The notes beneath the pieces are model-generated. The model was not told the DNA's origin. It searched no databases and worked only from the letters and a program-made list of their open reading frames with translations. The position numbers were made by a program, and so were the translations under genes. Of a stretch of DNA of 64,000 nucleotides, positions 1 through 10,328 are shown one piece after another. The first letter of the stretch is position 1, and each line of letters starts with the position of its first letter. The DNA is from an uncultured Desulfosarcina sp. (lineage in GTDB: Bacteria > Desulfobacterota > Desulfobacteria > Desulfobacterales > Desulfosarcinaceae), in assembly GCA_963674945.2 (NCBI GenBank), contig CAXXWQ010000004.1, positions 2,592,001 through 2,656,000 of the forward strand. The letters are read 5' to 3'.

Positions 1-2
1 CA

Positions 3-509
3 CTGAACGTCGCCACGGTCAGCCCGGGCATTCAAATCGGCACCCAGGATGTCAGCACCAACATTTCCATCACCGGTTTCAGCATGTCCCTGTCCCTCAA
101 CGAGGACCAATCCAGCGGAACCTTGTCTGTTACCCTGACCGACGCAACAGTAACGGCGACCGACAGCGAGGGAGAGGAATCCGTTTCCCTGACGAATTTT
201 ACCCTGTCGGCGAGCGTTGCCGGAACCGGCGAGGTGACCAATGTTACCATTAATGCATCCGGAACCGTCTCCCAGACCGGAGAGGGCACCGTCACCTTCA
301 CGCTCACCGATGTAATCATCGATTCAGACGGCAATATTGTCGGTGGCAGCATCGTCATTGCCGGAGCCAACAACACGACAATCACCATCACGCCGACATC
401 GGGCAGTGACTTCGTCGTCTCTGCTGATACGGATGGAGACGGGACCGACGATTTCAGTTGCGCCTATTCATGCGACACTGACCTACTCATGGAGTCGTCC
501 GCTCCGTAA
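3..509 (+). CDS. 3' part of a Thr/Ser/Val-rich beta-strand protein, probably exported or lipoprotein (truncated by window edge)
   Basis: Frame open from position 3 to TAA at 507-509; Thr/Ser/Gly/Val-rich alternating pattern; DTDGDGTDD Ca-binding-like loop near the C-terminus. Confidence 0.6.
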   Translation: MNVATVSPGIQIGTQDVSTNISITGFSMSLSLNEDQSSGTLSVTLTDATVTATDSEGEESVSLTNFTLSASVAGTGEVTNVTINASGTVSQTGEGTVTFTLTDVIIDSDGNIVGGSIVIAGANNTTITITPTSGSDFVVSADTDGDGTDDFSCAYSCDTDLLMESSAP

Positions 510-605
510 TTCGGTCATGGCCGACCGAATGCAGCAAAAAGGGGTGTCGTTCATTTAAAAAGCCAAGGCCACGGATTCGACACCTCTTCATCACCTAAAA
601 CAGAT

Positions 606-637
606 AAGGGGCGATCCACTTGCACGGATCGCCCCTT
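606..637. terminator. Stem-loop between convergent genes, probable intrinsic terminator
   Basis: AAGGGGCGATCC (606-617) and GGATCGCCCCTT (626-637) are perfect 12-bp inverted repeats, followed by a T-rich tract on +. Confidence 0.75.
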
Positions 638-666
638 CTTCCGTCTTTGGTTTTTTCAGGAATCGA

Positions 667-1155
667 TTACCAGATTTTCAGGCCCTTTCCCTTCAGCCGA
701 ATCAATTCATCCGTGGTGATTCGGAGGCGTTCGGCGAGGACATCCGCGAAGACACGATAGATCACATACCCGAAGGCCAGCTTGTCGGTTCCGGTCAACT
801 GCTCGATGTAATAGATATCCGTGGCCAGACATACCGTCTCCTCCATGGTGACGGCCGATGCCGATCGGGGTGCGCAGGTCATCGCCCCCATCTCACCGAA
901 GATATCGCCCCTGCGTTGAAGCAAGGCCACCGGCTTGTTGTCCTTCATCAGCCGCACCTTTCCGTAAACCAGAAAATAAAGCCACGTGTCTGCGCTTCCC
1001 TGTTCGAAAATGGTCTCCTTTGCACCGTATTTTCTGATCTTGCTCATGGACATGAGGTGGTGGAGTTCGTCGTCTTGAAACGGCTCGAAAATTTCAAATT
1101 TTTTGATATCCGACAAAACACGCTGGTTCCCCCGTAAAAAATCGGTCTCTTGCAT
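667..1155 (-). CDS. Stand-alone cyclic nucleotide-binding (Crp-like cNMP) domain protein
   Basis: IFEQG...LYFLVYGKV...GDIFGEM...PRSASA cNMP motifs; no HTH; start taken at MQETDF. Confidence 0.85.
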   Translation of the reverse strand: MQETDFLRGNQRVLSDIKKFEIFEPFQDDELHHLMSMSKIRKYGAKETIFEQGSADTWLYFLVYGKVRLMKDNKPVALLQRRGDIFGEMGAMTCAPRSASAVTMEETVCLATDIYYIEQLTGTDKLAFGYVIYRVFADVLAERLRITTDELIRLKGKGLKIW

Positions 1156-1321
1156 GGTGACTGATCCTCTCTGGCCCGACCGCTTATCAAGACAGCTAAA
1201 ACGGTATTGGAATAGTAACCGTCGATTCGCAAAAAGAGATGGCGCCCAATCATGCACACCCGATGAATCGACATCGATAATTCCATCTTAGTGCAAGAAA
1301 GGGGAAAGGCAACAGATTTTT

Positions 1322-2437
1322 TTATGCATCGGCGCGTTGTGCGAGCCGGGTAACCCAGGCCTTGATGACGGAATTTACCAGGGTTGCCAGGGGAACGGCG
1401 AAAAAGAGCCCCCAAACCCCCCACAAGCCCCCGAACAGTAACACCGCCACAACGATGGCAAGGGGGTGCAGATTCACCACTTCGGAGAGCAAAAGGGGTG
1501 CCAGCAGGTTGCCGTCCAGGATTTGAATCACGGCATAGGCCACCATGGCCCAGGCGAAATCACCACTCCACCCCCACTGGATGAAAGCGACCAGGGCCAT
1601 GACGAACCCCATCACCGTTACCCCGATATAGGGAATGATGACCGACATCCCCACGAACATGGAGACAACAAGGGCGAATTGCAGCCCCATGGCCTTGAAT
1701 ACGGCATAGCTGATTGCCCAGATGATGAGCAGTTCCCATCCTTTTCCCCGGATATAATTGGTGATCTGATCATTCGCCTCCTGCCAGACGGACTCGGTGA
1801 GGTCCATGTTGTCGGGAAGAAAACGTCGGCCCCAGTTCAATATCAGATCTTTGTCCTTGAGCATGAAAAAGACCATGAGAGGCACCAACACCAGGTAGAC
1901 CACGATTTGAATGAGACCCAGTACCGACGCCAGGGACACGGTCAGTACCCGTCTGCCCAAGGTGGTGATGCCGTCACTGAGCAGATTGATCACTTCGTTC
2001 ACCTGGTTCTGGGAAATCAGGTCCGGATAGATGGTGGGCAGTTGCAGCAGGCGTTCTTGAATGGTTACCAGCATGCCGGGCAACTGGTGGACGAGTTGGC
2101 TGATCTGCTTGACGGTCAGGGGAATGAGCCACAGGATCATGACGATCATGCCAAGCATGAAAACGGTGAAGACGATCCCTACGGCGGCCATTCGGGGGAC
2201 GTGGGAGCGATGAAGCAGCGCCACCAGACCTTCGAGCAGATAAGCGATAATGACGCTGATGAGCACCGGGGCCAAAAGATTGCCCAGAAAGTAGATCAGA
2301 CCCGCCCCCACCAGGAGCACGAGACCCAGAATCAATCGCTGGGGATCGGAAAAGTGCCGCTTTTGCCAACGCCTGAACAACCCGCCGACGGTTTGGTTTT
2401 GCTGATCCGTTTTTTCCTGTCCATTGCTGGAATTCAT
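1322..2437 (-). CDS. AI-2E family transporter (PerM-like)
   Basis: Multi-TM protein; IIPYIG, QILDGNLLAPLL, LHPLAI...LFGGLWGVWGLFFAVP family motifs. Confidence 0.9.
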   Translation of the reverse strand: MNSSNGQEKTDQQNQTVGGLFRRWQKRHFSDPQRLILGLVLLVGAGLIYFLGNLLAPVLISVIIAYLLEGLVALLHRSHVPRMAAVGIVFTVFMLGMIVMILWLIPLTVKQISQLVHQLPGMLVTIQERLLQLPTIYPDLISQNQVNEVINLLSDGITTLGRRVLTVSLASVLGLIQIVVYLVLVPLMVFFMLKDKDLILNWGRRFLPDNMDLTESVWQEANDQITNYIRGKGWELLIIWAISYAVFKAMGLQFALVVSMFVGMSVIIPYIGVTVMGFVMALVAFIQWGWSGDFAWAMVAYAVIQILDGNLLAPLLLSEVVNLHPLAIVVAVLLFGGLWGVWGLFFAVPLATLVNSVIKAWVTRLAQRADA

Positions 2438-2449
2438 CGGCTTGCAACC

Positions 2450-3022
2450 CTAAAAATGGTATTCGTAAAACAGCCCCAAGGAATCCATACCTTCGTTTTC
2501 GGAGGCCAGGTAGGCATTGGAGATGTGGTCGAAGGCAAAAATGATCCGGTGACGCCGGTTCATGACATATCCAAACTCCAGTGGAATCCGGAACAGCACA
2601 GGTGAACCCAAAGATTTTCGTTCCGGATTGTCCGTATCCGTCTCTCCGTTGTGCAGGGCCAGGCCAAGCCCCGTCGTGAAAAAGAGGTCCCACCCAAGCA
2701 TCCAGGTCAACTGTGCGCCGCCATATACCTTGCTGGTATCTCCGCGAGTGTTGATACTGCCCCCAATGCTGGGGAAAAGGGTTGTCCCCAGAACACGGAA
2801 AAAGGGATGATTGAAGACCACCTGAACGCATACATCCGGCCCCCTCTCCCTGGAACAATGGCTCCACAATCCATCGACATCATGGACGGCCAATCCCACA
2901 CGAACCGCCTTGACCATGGGGGAAGGGCGGGCCGTTTCATCGGCGACACTGGTACCACCAAAGGCGGCCAGGATCAAAAACAGGGTCGTCGTGCCGATCC
3001 GCCGCCACGGAAGGTACGACAT
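2450..3022 (-). CDS. Acyloxyacyl hydrolase / lipid A 3-O-deacylase (PagL-like) outer-membrane beta-barrel
   Basis: Signal peptide; LGSPVLFR, DHISNAYLASENEGMD catalytic H-x-S motif; terminal aromatic residue (YEYHF). Confidence 0.75.
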   Translation of the reverse strand: MSYLPWRRIGTTTLFLILAAFGGTSVADETARPSPMVKAVRVGLAVHDVDGLWSHCSRERGPDVCVQVVFNHPFFRVLGTTLFPSIGGSINTRGDTSKVYGGAQLTWMLGWDLFFTTGLGLALHNGETDTDNPERKSLGSPVLFRIPLEFGYVMNRRHRIIFAFDHISNAYLASENEGMDSLGLFYEYHF

Positions 3023-3051
3023 CCGATTCCATCCAACGGTACGAAAATGGA

Positions 3052-4029
3052 TCATCCGGCAGCGTCCGAAGGCAAGGCGCATGAATCCGCTCGCGTCGAT
3101 TTTTTTGCCTCCACATAGTGGGCGGCCGCCAGCGCTGCCGTGCATCCATCGGCCGCCGACAGGACGATCTGCCTTGCGAATTTTTCCCTCAGGTCTCCGA
3201 TAATGAAAATACCGGGAGTGTTGGTCTCACACTTTTCGTCCGTCATCACCAGACCATCGGCATTCATGCGGGTACCGGCAGGAACGAGCTCATTGTTGGG
3301 ATTGAAACCGATAAAGATAAAGACACCGTCCACATCCAAATCTCGTACCGCATCCGTAACGGTATCTTTCAGACCTACACCCTCGACACCTTCCGCACCT
3401 GCCTTGATCTCCGTCAAGACGGTGTTCCACAGCATCTCGATGTTGCAATCTTCGAAAACCCGCTGCTGGAGAATCTTGCTCGCGCGAAGCTCATCCCGGC
3501 GATGAGCGATATAGACTTTCTTACACAATTTGGCCAGGTAGAGCGCCTCCTCGGCGGCACTGTCCCCGCCGCCGACCACCACAACGGTTTTCCCCCGAAA
3601 GAAAAATCCGTCACAGGTGGCGCAGTAGCTTACACCCTTGCCGTAAAATTCCCTTTCCCCGGGCACGTCGAGCTTCCTCGGGCTCCCACCGGTGGCGAGG
3701 ATCACCGAATGGGCCTTGAGCGTTTCACCGTTTGCCAATCGCACCGTATGATGGTCCAATCCGGGATCCAGGGCCGTCGCCTCCTGGGAAATCATCTCCA
3801 GATCGTAGGATTGGGCGTGTTCTGTGAATTTCATGGACAGCTCGGCACCACTGATGTGGATAAAACCCGGATAATTTTCGACTTCGTCGCTCATGGTGAC
3901 CTGTCCGCCGGTGACGCCCTTTTCCACCAGTGCGGTCGTAAGTGCCGCCCGCATGGCGTAGATGGCGGCCGACAGCCCGCCGGGACCGCCACCGATGATC
4001 ACCAGGTCGTACATTTCGCGTATTGCCAT
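3052..4029 (-). CDS. trxB: Thioredoxin-disulfide reductase
   Basis: GGGPGG FAD motif, GVSYCATCDG redox CxxC, GGGDSA NADPH motif, HRRDELRA. Confidence 0.95.
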   Translation of the reverse strand: MAIREMYDLVIIGGGPGGLSAAIYAMRAALTTALVEKGVTGGQVTMSDEVENYPGFIHISGAELSMKFTEHAQSYDLEMISQEATALDPGLDHHTVRLANGETLKAHSVILATGGSPRKLDVPGEREFYGKGVSYCATCDGFFFRGKTVVVVGGGDSAAEEALYLAKLCKKVYIAHRRDELRASKILQQRVFEDCNIEMLWNTVLTEIKAGAEGVEGVGLKDTVTDAVRDLDVDGVFIFIGFNPNNELVPAGTRMNADGLVMTDEKCETNTPGIFIIGDLREKFARQIVLSAADGCTAALAAAHYVEAKKSTRADSCALPSDAAG

Positions 4030-4031
4030 GG

Positions 4032-5489
4032 TCAGCCTCCCTTTTTCTGTTTGGACATGGCCTTTTTCAACTGATCCCCAAGGGAACCCAATGAGTTGTT
4101 GTTTTCAGCGGCATAGGCCTGCCAGCTTTGATCATCGACGACATCGCCGGTGCCCAGGGAAATTTTTCGCTCCCCCGGATTCACGGTATCGACGGTGACG
4201 GTGATGGCAGCACCGGGTTTGAGTGCTTCGATGGCAGCTGCTTTCTCCGATGCGGCGATTTTCGATTTGGGCAAAAGTCCGGTGATACCCGGTGCCAGAT
4301 TGACGAAAATCCCGAAGCCTTCCTTTTTCTCCACCTGCCCCGTCACGCTTTTCCCCGGTGTGAATCGTTCCTCCACGTCCGCCCAAGGATCCCCTTCGGC
4401 ATCCTTGATACTCAAGGAGATCCGTTTACGGTCCAGATCGAAGGACTTGACGGCCACCATCACTTCATCCCCCGGGGCGACGACGTCTTCGGGTCGCATC
4501 ACCCTTCGCGTATAACTCATTTCGCTGATGTGAACCAAGCCCTCAATACCGGGAAAGAGCTCGACGAAAGCACCGAAATTGGCACATCGGGTCACCTTGC
4601 CCTTGATTTTGTCGCCCACCCGGATCCGGCTGGACGCATCGGCCCAGGGATCGCCCATGGCCTGTTTGACGGAAAGGGAAATTTTCCGGCTTCCCGGCTT
4701 TTCGCCGTTTTTGATGCCCAGCACTTTCACCCGGAGACGATCTCCAACCTTGACGGCCTGGTCAGGGGTTTCCAGTCGGGACCAACTCAGTTCGCTGATG
4801 TGAACCAACCCTTCCACGCCCGGTACCAGGTTGACGAAGGCCCCAAAAGGCATGATGCGGGCCACGGTACCTTCGTATACCGTATCCTCGTCAAGTTGTT
4901 CCATGAACGCCTTTCGGCTGGCCTCCTGCTCCTTCTGGAGGATATCCCTGCGGGATACGACGATGTTGCGTCCCTTCTCCTCGAAACGCTTGATGAGAAA
5001 GGAAAAAGTTTGGCCCACATAGATGGAAGGATCTTCCACATAGGCAATATCCATTTGACTGATGGGACAAAAGGCCCGTCTCTTGATCACCTCTACATGG
5101 AAACCGCCTTTGACGGTGGAAACCACCTTTCCCTCCACCGGGATTTTCTGCTCGTAGGCATCCCGCAGCATATTGATCCCGCCGATACCGGAAATGGCTT
5201 TGGAAAGTCGGATTTCACTTTCACTTGCAGCAATGACGTACAAGTCCAAATCGTCCCCTTCGCTTACCGTCAGGTGCTGCTCTTCATCCAAAAGTTCTGC
5301 TCTTTCCACAATGCCATCCACCTTTGTGCCCGTGTCCACGAAGACATTATTGGTACCAATGGAGATGACCCGGCATCGAATCTGATCACCGACCTGAATA
5401 TTTTCATTCATACCGGCACTGTATGCTTCCAACAGATCGGCAAAACTCTCCTCGGCTTCCGGAGTTTCGTTATTGTTCTCGTCATTCAT
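4032..5489 (-). CDS. rpsA: 30S ribosomal protein S1 (short form, probably a second paralog)
   Basis: Repeated S1 domains (FGAFV...[10 protein letters not shown]); about 485 aa from MNDENN. Confidence 0.9.
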   Translation of the reverse strand: MNDENNNETPEAEESFADLLEAYSAGMNENIQVGDQIRCRVISIGTNNVFVDTGTKVDGIVERAELLDEEQHLTVSEGDDLDLYVIAASESEIRLSKAISGIGGINMLRDAYEQKIPVEGKVVSTVKGGFHVEVIKRRAFCPISQMDIAYVEDPSIYVGQTFSFLIKRFEEKGRNIVVSRRDILQKEQEASRKAFMEQLDEDTVYEGTVARIMPFGAFVNLVPGVEGLVHISELSWSRLETPDQAVKVGDRLRVKVLGIKNGEKPGSRKISLSVKQAMGDPWADASSRIRVGDKIKGKVTRCANFGAFVELFPGIEGLVHISEMSYTRRVMRPEDVVAPGDEVMVAVKSFDLDRKRISLSIKDAEGDPWADVEERFTPGKSVTGQVEKKEGFGIFVNLAPGITGLLPKSKIAASEKAAAIEALKPGAAITVTVDTVNPGERKISLGTGDVVDDQSWQAYAAENNNSLGSLGDQLKKAMSKQKKGG

Positions 5490-5620
5490 GGCAGTTCTCC
5501 AAATAGAATAAGAAAGTGCGGCAACTTCACCAGAAAATGAAGGGATTTGCAAGCCTATTGTATGGGATAATGCAATTCTCCGGGCGGAATAAAGAATCGT
5601 TCCCCAGGCCCTCTTCGGGG

Positions 5621-5648
5621 TTGACAACCGGGGGAAGAAAGGTAAGTT
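5621..5648 (+). promoter_or_regulatory. Possible sigma70 promoter of the Hsp20 gene
   Basis: TTGACA-16 nt-TAAGTT about 50 nt upstream of the ATG; AAAGGAG RBS follows. Confidence 0.4.
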
Positions 5649-5697
5649 ATCCGTATCATCGATCCCATGGATGAATGCACGGTTGAAAGGAGCTGAG

Positions 5698-6156
5698 ATG
5701 GCCATTATCGAGTGGGACCCAAAGGGGAATATCGCTGCGCTGCAAAACCGCATCAACCAATTGTTTCTTGATTCGTTTCCCTGTCAGACCGAAGAAAACG
5801 GTTCGACCCCCCGGTGTTCCTGGACACCCCGTGTGGATATTGTCGAAACCGCAGCGGGCATCGTCATCGCAGCCGATCTTCCCGGCGTGAAAAAGCAGGA
5901 CGTGATGGTGGAGGTCAAGAACAACACGCTTACCATCGGTGGTCTGCGGGCCGCACAGACACCCCATATTGAACATCGGTACCTTCGTCAAGAACGCTTC
6001 TTCGGAACATTTCGTCGCTCTTTCACCTTTCACACCGTGATTGCGCCGGAATCGATCAAGGCCCGGTTCAAGGAAGGCGTACTGGTTGTGGAAATTCCAA
6101 AGCCCGATGAAGAGACCGCCAGGAAAATTTCGGTGGATGTGGAATCGGATGAATGA
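5698..6156 (+). CDS. Hsp20/alpha-crystallin small heat shock protein
   Basis: [50 protein letters not shown]. Confidence 0.92.
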   Translation: MAIIEWDPKGNIAALQNRINQLFLDSFPCQTEENGSTPRCSWTPRVDIVETAAGIVIAADLPGVKKQDVMVEVKNNTLTIGGLRAAQTPHIEHRYLRQERFFGTFRRSFTFHTVIAPESIKARFKEGVLVVEIPKPDEETARKISVDVESDE

Positions 6157-6269
6157 TCCGGATGGGGACGTTGGGGAATTCAGCGGACGCTGAAATTGGG
6201 GTCGATATACCCGTCCTCGTTCGAGATGTCGTAAAATCGGTATAGTACATGATAAATACCGGATGAAGG

Positions 6270-8567
6270 TCACTTGTCCGTTGGGGCAGCCGCTTCTTGC
6301 GTCTTTCCCATGGAAAATAAAATGGCCGAAAGGTTATGGCGGCTCTTCTCGGTATCGGGATGATCGGTTCCCAGCTCAAAATTCAACACCTCCAACGCAC
6401 GACGGCAGTGTCGTTCGGCATCGGCAAAGCGGCCCAGATCATGGTACAACAAGGACAGATTGTTCAAGACAGGGGCCATTTCGGGATGATCCCCATCCGG
6501 CTGGCTCTCTAGAAGATGCAGGACCTGAAGGTATAAGGGTTCGGCGTCGAGGAATTTTCCCTGGTCGTGGAGCACTGCCGCCAAATCGAAAAGAGCGCCT
6601 GTGGTATCGGGATGATCGACCCCCGATCGAGACCTTACGATCTTTACTGCCTGACGGCAAATCGATTCGGCATCGTCGAACTTCCCCTGTTTTTTTAACA
6701 CCCGAACGAGATCCCGCAAGCCCTCTGCGACAAGGAGAAGTTCACCTCCCGAATGGGTCTTTCGGATTCCGATGGCCCGGCGGCAGTAAGGTTCGGCCTC
6801 GGCATACCGCCCGAAACATTCGAGCAGTACCGATAGGTTGAGCAGTCCGGTGGCAATATGGGGATGGTCTCCTCCCAACTTGTTTTCCCATGTCTTGATG
6901 GCCTTGCGAAACAATGGTTCCGCTTCCGCAAGGTCGCCGATCTCCAGAAGCGAAACGGCCAGGTTGTTCAGCGCTGCGGCTGTATGGAAATTGTCTTCGC
7001 CCAACCGGTCAGCATAAATCTTCCATACCTGGCGGAAGAGCAAAGCAGCCTCTTCATCGTTGCCCCGGTCACGTAAAAACAACGCGAGGTTGTTTGTTAC
7101 CGCCCCCGTGTAAAGATGGTCATCTCCCAAACGGCTTTGATAAATATGAAGTGCACGCCGAAAATATGATTCCGCCTCATCGAAGCGCTTTCCATCGTAA
7201 AGCAAGGTAGCCAGGTTGTTGGCGACCGCACCGGCATGGGGGTGATCGTCTCCGAACTTCCGTTCGTAATGGTCCAGTTCCTGTTTGAAATAGGTTTCGG
7301 CCTCGGCAAACGCCCCCCGTTCCTGCAGCTGGCGCCTCATACTGTCCAGAAGATTGGCGATAACTTCCAATGCAACCCCATTTTCCCGGACATGGGCAAC
7401 TACGGTTCGGGCATGACAAAAAAGAATATCCCATTTCAGCCCTGGCTGATCACCGTCCGTTTCACCTGGAGAAAAGACGTGATGGATCGTGCGAACCGCG
7501 GCATCGGCCCATCTTTGCCGCTCATCCGTCTTCAGATGTTCCCGCACCATTTCCTGAATGAGATGGTTCACAAGGAGATCTTCCGAAATCGATGCCACAA
7601 GCCCGTATCGTTCCAACACTGCGATGTTATGGTCCAGTGCCTCGGGATCATTGAAAGATTCTGCAAATGGTGGCGCCACAAACTGCCCCGCCTTGGAAAA
7701 AAGAGGACGGGATATCCCGTCGGAAGATAGATAGGCGGTAAGATACAGGATCCCCAAGGCAACCGGTTCCCTGTTCTGAATCGCTTGCAGGGAAAGGAAA
7801 AAGGCCGTTCCAGCCGTCCGGGGATATTTGGACGAAGCTTTCTTTATGGCACTTTGGCATTTCCTGTGAGACTGCAGGTAATCGCCGAAGTCGATTTCGG
7901 TTTCCATCAAGTACGCTCCGGCCAATTCCATTGCCACGGGAAGGTCTCCCAGTTGTTCGGCGACTTCGGCCGCGCCCCGTGGGTCATTTGTATCTGCGCG
8001 ACGAAGGAGAAAATCTATCGATTCCGATCGGGACCAGAACAAAAGAGGCAATTCACAAAACGATTTTTCCCAGACCATGTGACGCGTGGTGATGATCACG
8101 TGGCCGCCGCATTTTTCGGGAAGATATCGTTTCAGGTCTTCCGGCCTCTTGACATCATCGAGGATGAGCAACCAGTTTTGGTTATTCGTGAGCCACTCCC
8201 TTACGGAATCGATGACGGTCTTCTCATCCTGCCCCTGATTTTCCAACAAATTCATCGTGGTGGCAAACGCGCGATAATCCGATAACAGCGTCTCCTTCTC
8301 TTTTGCCCGCAACCACCAAACCGCCTGATAGATGGATGCCTGGCGAAAGGCGTATTCCACTGCGATCTGGGTTTTGCCTATTCCCGCCATCCCCTTGATC
8401 ACCTGGGGAAGGACCGCACGCTCTTTGGAATGAAATGCTTCCGTCAATTTGGAAAGAATTGCGTCGCGCCCTGTGAAATGGATGTTGCGGGGCATGGGAA
8501 CATTCCAAACCGGTGGCAACGTGACGGAAGAATGGGGCTGGACCGAACCCTCATTGAGTTGCTTCAA
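6270..8567 (-). CDS. NB-ARC/STAND NTPase with C-terminal TPR repeats (FxSxx-COOH system TPR-like), no N-terminal effector domain
   Basis: VWNVP.PRN.HFTGR, Walker A GMAGIGKT, Walker B WLLILDDV, GDLPVA; 42-aa TPRs (LG.DHP...NNLA); TTG start preceded by GGAGGT. Confidence 0.9.
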   Translation of the reverse strand: MKQLNEGSVQPHSSVTLPPVWNVPMPRNIHFTGRDAILSKLTEAFHSKERAVLPQVIKGMAGIGKTQIAVEYAFRQASIYQAVWWLRAKEKETLLSDYRAFATTMNLLENQGQDEKTVIDSVREWLTNNQNWLLILDDVKRPEDLKRYLPEKCGGHVIITTRHMVWEKSFCELPLLFWSRSESIDFLLRRADTNDPRGAAEVAEQLGDLPVAMELAGAYLMETEIDFGDYLQSHRKCQSAIKKASSKYPRTAGTAFFLSLQAIQNREPVALGILYLTAYLSSDGISRPLFSKAGQFVAPPFAESFNDPEALDHNIAVLERYGLVASISEDLLVNHLIQEMVREHLKTDERQRWADAAVRTIHHVFSPGETDGDQPGLKWDILFCHARTVVAHVRENGVALEVIANLLDSMRRQLQERGAFAEAETYFKQELDHYERKFGDDHPHAGAVANNLATLLYDGKRFDEAESYFRRALHIYQSRLGDDHLYTGAVTNNLALFLRDRGNDEEAALLFRQVWKIYADRLGEDNFHTAAALNNLAVSLLEIGDLAEAEPLFRKAIKTWENKLGGDHPHIATGLLNLSVLLECFGRYAEAEPYCRRAIGIRKTHSGGELLLVAEGLRDLVRVLKKQGKFDDAESICRQAVKIVRSRSGVDHPDTTGALFDLAAVLHDQGKFLDAEPLYLQVLHLLESQPDGDHPEMAPVLNNLSLLYHDLGRFADAERHCRRALEVLNFELGTDHPDTEKSRHNLSAILFSMGKTQEAAAPTDK

Positions 8568-8633
8568 CAGACCACCTCCAAATGATGAACGCTCCGGTTG
8601 TTACGTGTCGGATTCTGTGGAATCTTCCACGAA

Positions 8634-9524
8634 TCACTTTCTTTCCACCGCATGGCAATCGTTTCCCATGACAACCCCCTGGGGATCATCGGAAATTTTC
8701 GAGATGGTGGGGGCTTTGTGACGCTTTATCCATCGCTGGGCACCCAGATTCAAAAAAAAGACCAGGCCTGCTACCAGAATGATGGATGCTCCCGACGTAA
8801 CATCAAAGGCGTAGGAAATCCACAAACCGGCGATGGTGAACACGGCACCGAGCATGCTGGATCCGATCATCATCTGCAGCATGGAGCGGGCATGGGTTTC
8901 CATGATAAAGGGAGGGATGGTCAAAAGGGCGATGACCAGGATCAATCCCACCACCTGGATGACCAGAACCACGGTGATCGCCAGCAGACCGATGAGCAGA
9001 AAGTACAAGGCGGTTACCGGAACGCCCCGGATTCTGGCAAACTCCTCGTCGTAGGACATGGCAAGTAAATCCTCGTAGTAAACGGCAACGAGCCCCACGA
9101 TCACGATCCCCATACCGACCATGAGCCAAATATCGGTGTCCGGTACCGTCAGGATGCTGCCGAAAAGATAACTCATCAGATCCACGTTGTAGCCGGGACT
9201 GAGATCGATGAGGATGATGCCGCAGGCCATTCCCAGTGCCCAGATGACTCCAATCATCGTATCGGCCCGGTGCCTGGCTTTTACGGTGACCGCGGCCATG
9301 ATCCATGCCGCCCCGAGGGAAAATCCCAACGTGCCGGCGAGATAGGACCAGTTGAAAAAAAATGCCAGGCCGATGCCACCATAGGCCGCGTGGGCGATGC
9401 CGCCGGATAGAAAAACGATCCGGTTCACCACCACCAGCGTGCCCATGATGCCGCAAATCAGACTGGCCAATAGCCCTGCGGCGAGGGCGTTTTGCATGAA
9501 CTCGTACTGCATGGCTTCGATCAT
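8634..9524 (-). CDS. znuB: Zn/Mn ABC transporter permease
   Basis: GIAHAAYGG, DLMSYLFGSIL, VGLILVIALLTIP motifs; in operon with ATPase and binding protein. Confidence 0.88.
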   Translation of the reverse strand: MIEAMQYEFMQNALAAGLLASLICGIMGTLVVVNRIVFLSGGIAHAAYGGIGLAFFFNWSYLAGTLGFSLGAAWIMAAVTVKARHRADTMIGVIWALGMACGIILIDLSPGYNVDLMSYLFGSILTVPDTDIWLMVGMGIVIVGLVAVYYEDLLAMSYDEEFARIRGVPVTALYFLLIGLLAITVVLVIQVVGLILVIALLTIPPFIMETHARSMLQMMIGSSMLGAVFTIAGLWISYAFDVTSGASIILVAGLVFFLNLGAQRWIKRHKAPTISKISDDPQGVVMGNDCHAVERK

Positions 9525-9527
9525 CGA

Positions 9528-10328
9528 TCACTCCTCATGATGCTTTAACACCCGATGGGGCACATGACCATGGGTAACCAGTTCGATCGGGCAGGTCCCT
9601 TCTTCCATGGATGGATACATGCTGTCTATCATCTGACTGTCGATTTCGGAATGCTGGTGATAGTGCAGCCGCCGGTTCACACAGGCGATGGATTTGATGT
9701 AGGTGGAAATGGCCAAAAGGTCATGACTGACGACCACGATTGTCACATCCCGATTCAATTGCTGGAGCAATTGAAAAAAAGCCGCCTGTCCCCTCGCGTC
9801 AATGCTTGCCGTTGGCTCGTCCATCAAGAGCAAACGAGGTTTGGTTACCATGGCCCGGGCGATGAAGACACGCTGCCGCTGGCCACCGGACAGTTCACCC
9901 ATGCGCCGGCTCGCATGGACGGCAATACCAATTTTTTCCATTGCATGAAGGGCGTCCTGGCGATCTTTCTTACCGTTCTTGGCCCATCGTTTCCCTGGGG
10001 TCAGCTTGCCCGTTCGCACCACATCCAGCGCCGTAATGGGAAAATGCCGGTTGATATGTACGTTCTGGGGCACGTACCCGACCTGGTGCGATGCGCGTCC
10101 GGCAGGTCGTCCCATTACTCGGATCCAACCATGGTGAGGTTTGAGCAATCCCAGCATCAGCTTGAGCAAGGTGGTTTTGCCACCGCCGTTCGGACCGATC
10201 ATGGCAACGAAATCGCCCTGGGCAACCGTCAGGTTGACATCGGTGAGAACGGGTTGATGATCATAAGCAAAGTCCAGATCACGGATCTCGATGATGGGGT
10301 TTGCGGTGACGTGGTCAACGGAATGCAT
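9528..10328 (-). CDS. znuC: Zn/Mn ABC transporter ATP-binding protein
   Basis: [27 protein letters not shown]; His/Cys-rich tail; start at MHSVDH. Confidence 0.88.
   Translation of the reverse strand: MHSVDHVTANPIIEIRDLDFAYDHQPVLTDVNLTVAQGDFVAMIGPNGGGKTTLLKLMLGLLKPHHGWIRVMGRPAGRASHQVGYVPQNVHINRHFPITALDVVRTGKLTPGKRWAKNGKKDRQDALHAMEKIGIAVHASRRMGELSGGQRQRVFIARAMVTKPRLLLMDEPTASIDARGQAAFFQLLQQLNRDVTIVVVSHDLLAISTYIKSIACVNRRLHYHQHSEIDSQMIDSMYPSMEEGTCPIELVTHGHVPHRVLKHHEE

Noticed and set aside
1466..5540. Long antisense ORFs (e.g. 1466-2605, 3118-4074, 4128-5540) and similar shadow ORFs throughout
   Set aside because: They lie opposite well-supported genes and have no recognisable motifs; typical of GC-rich codon bias
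8510..8567. Amyloid signalling motif at the NLR N-terminus
   Set aside because: The 19-aa extension is Pro/Ser-containing without Q/N/G pseudo-repeats, and no adjacent effector carries a matching motif
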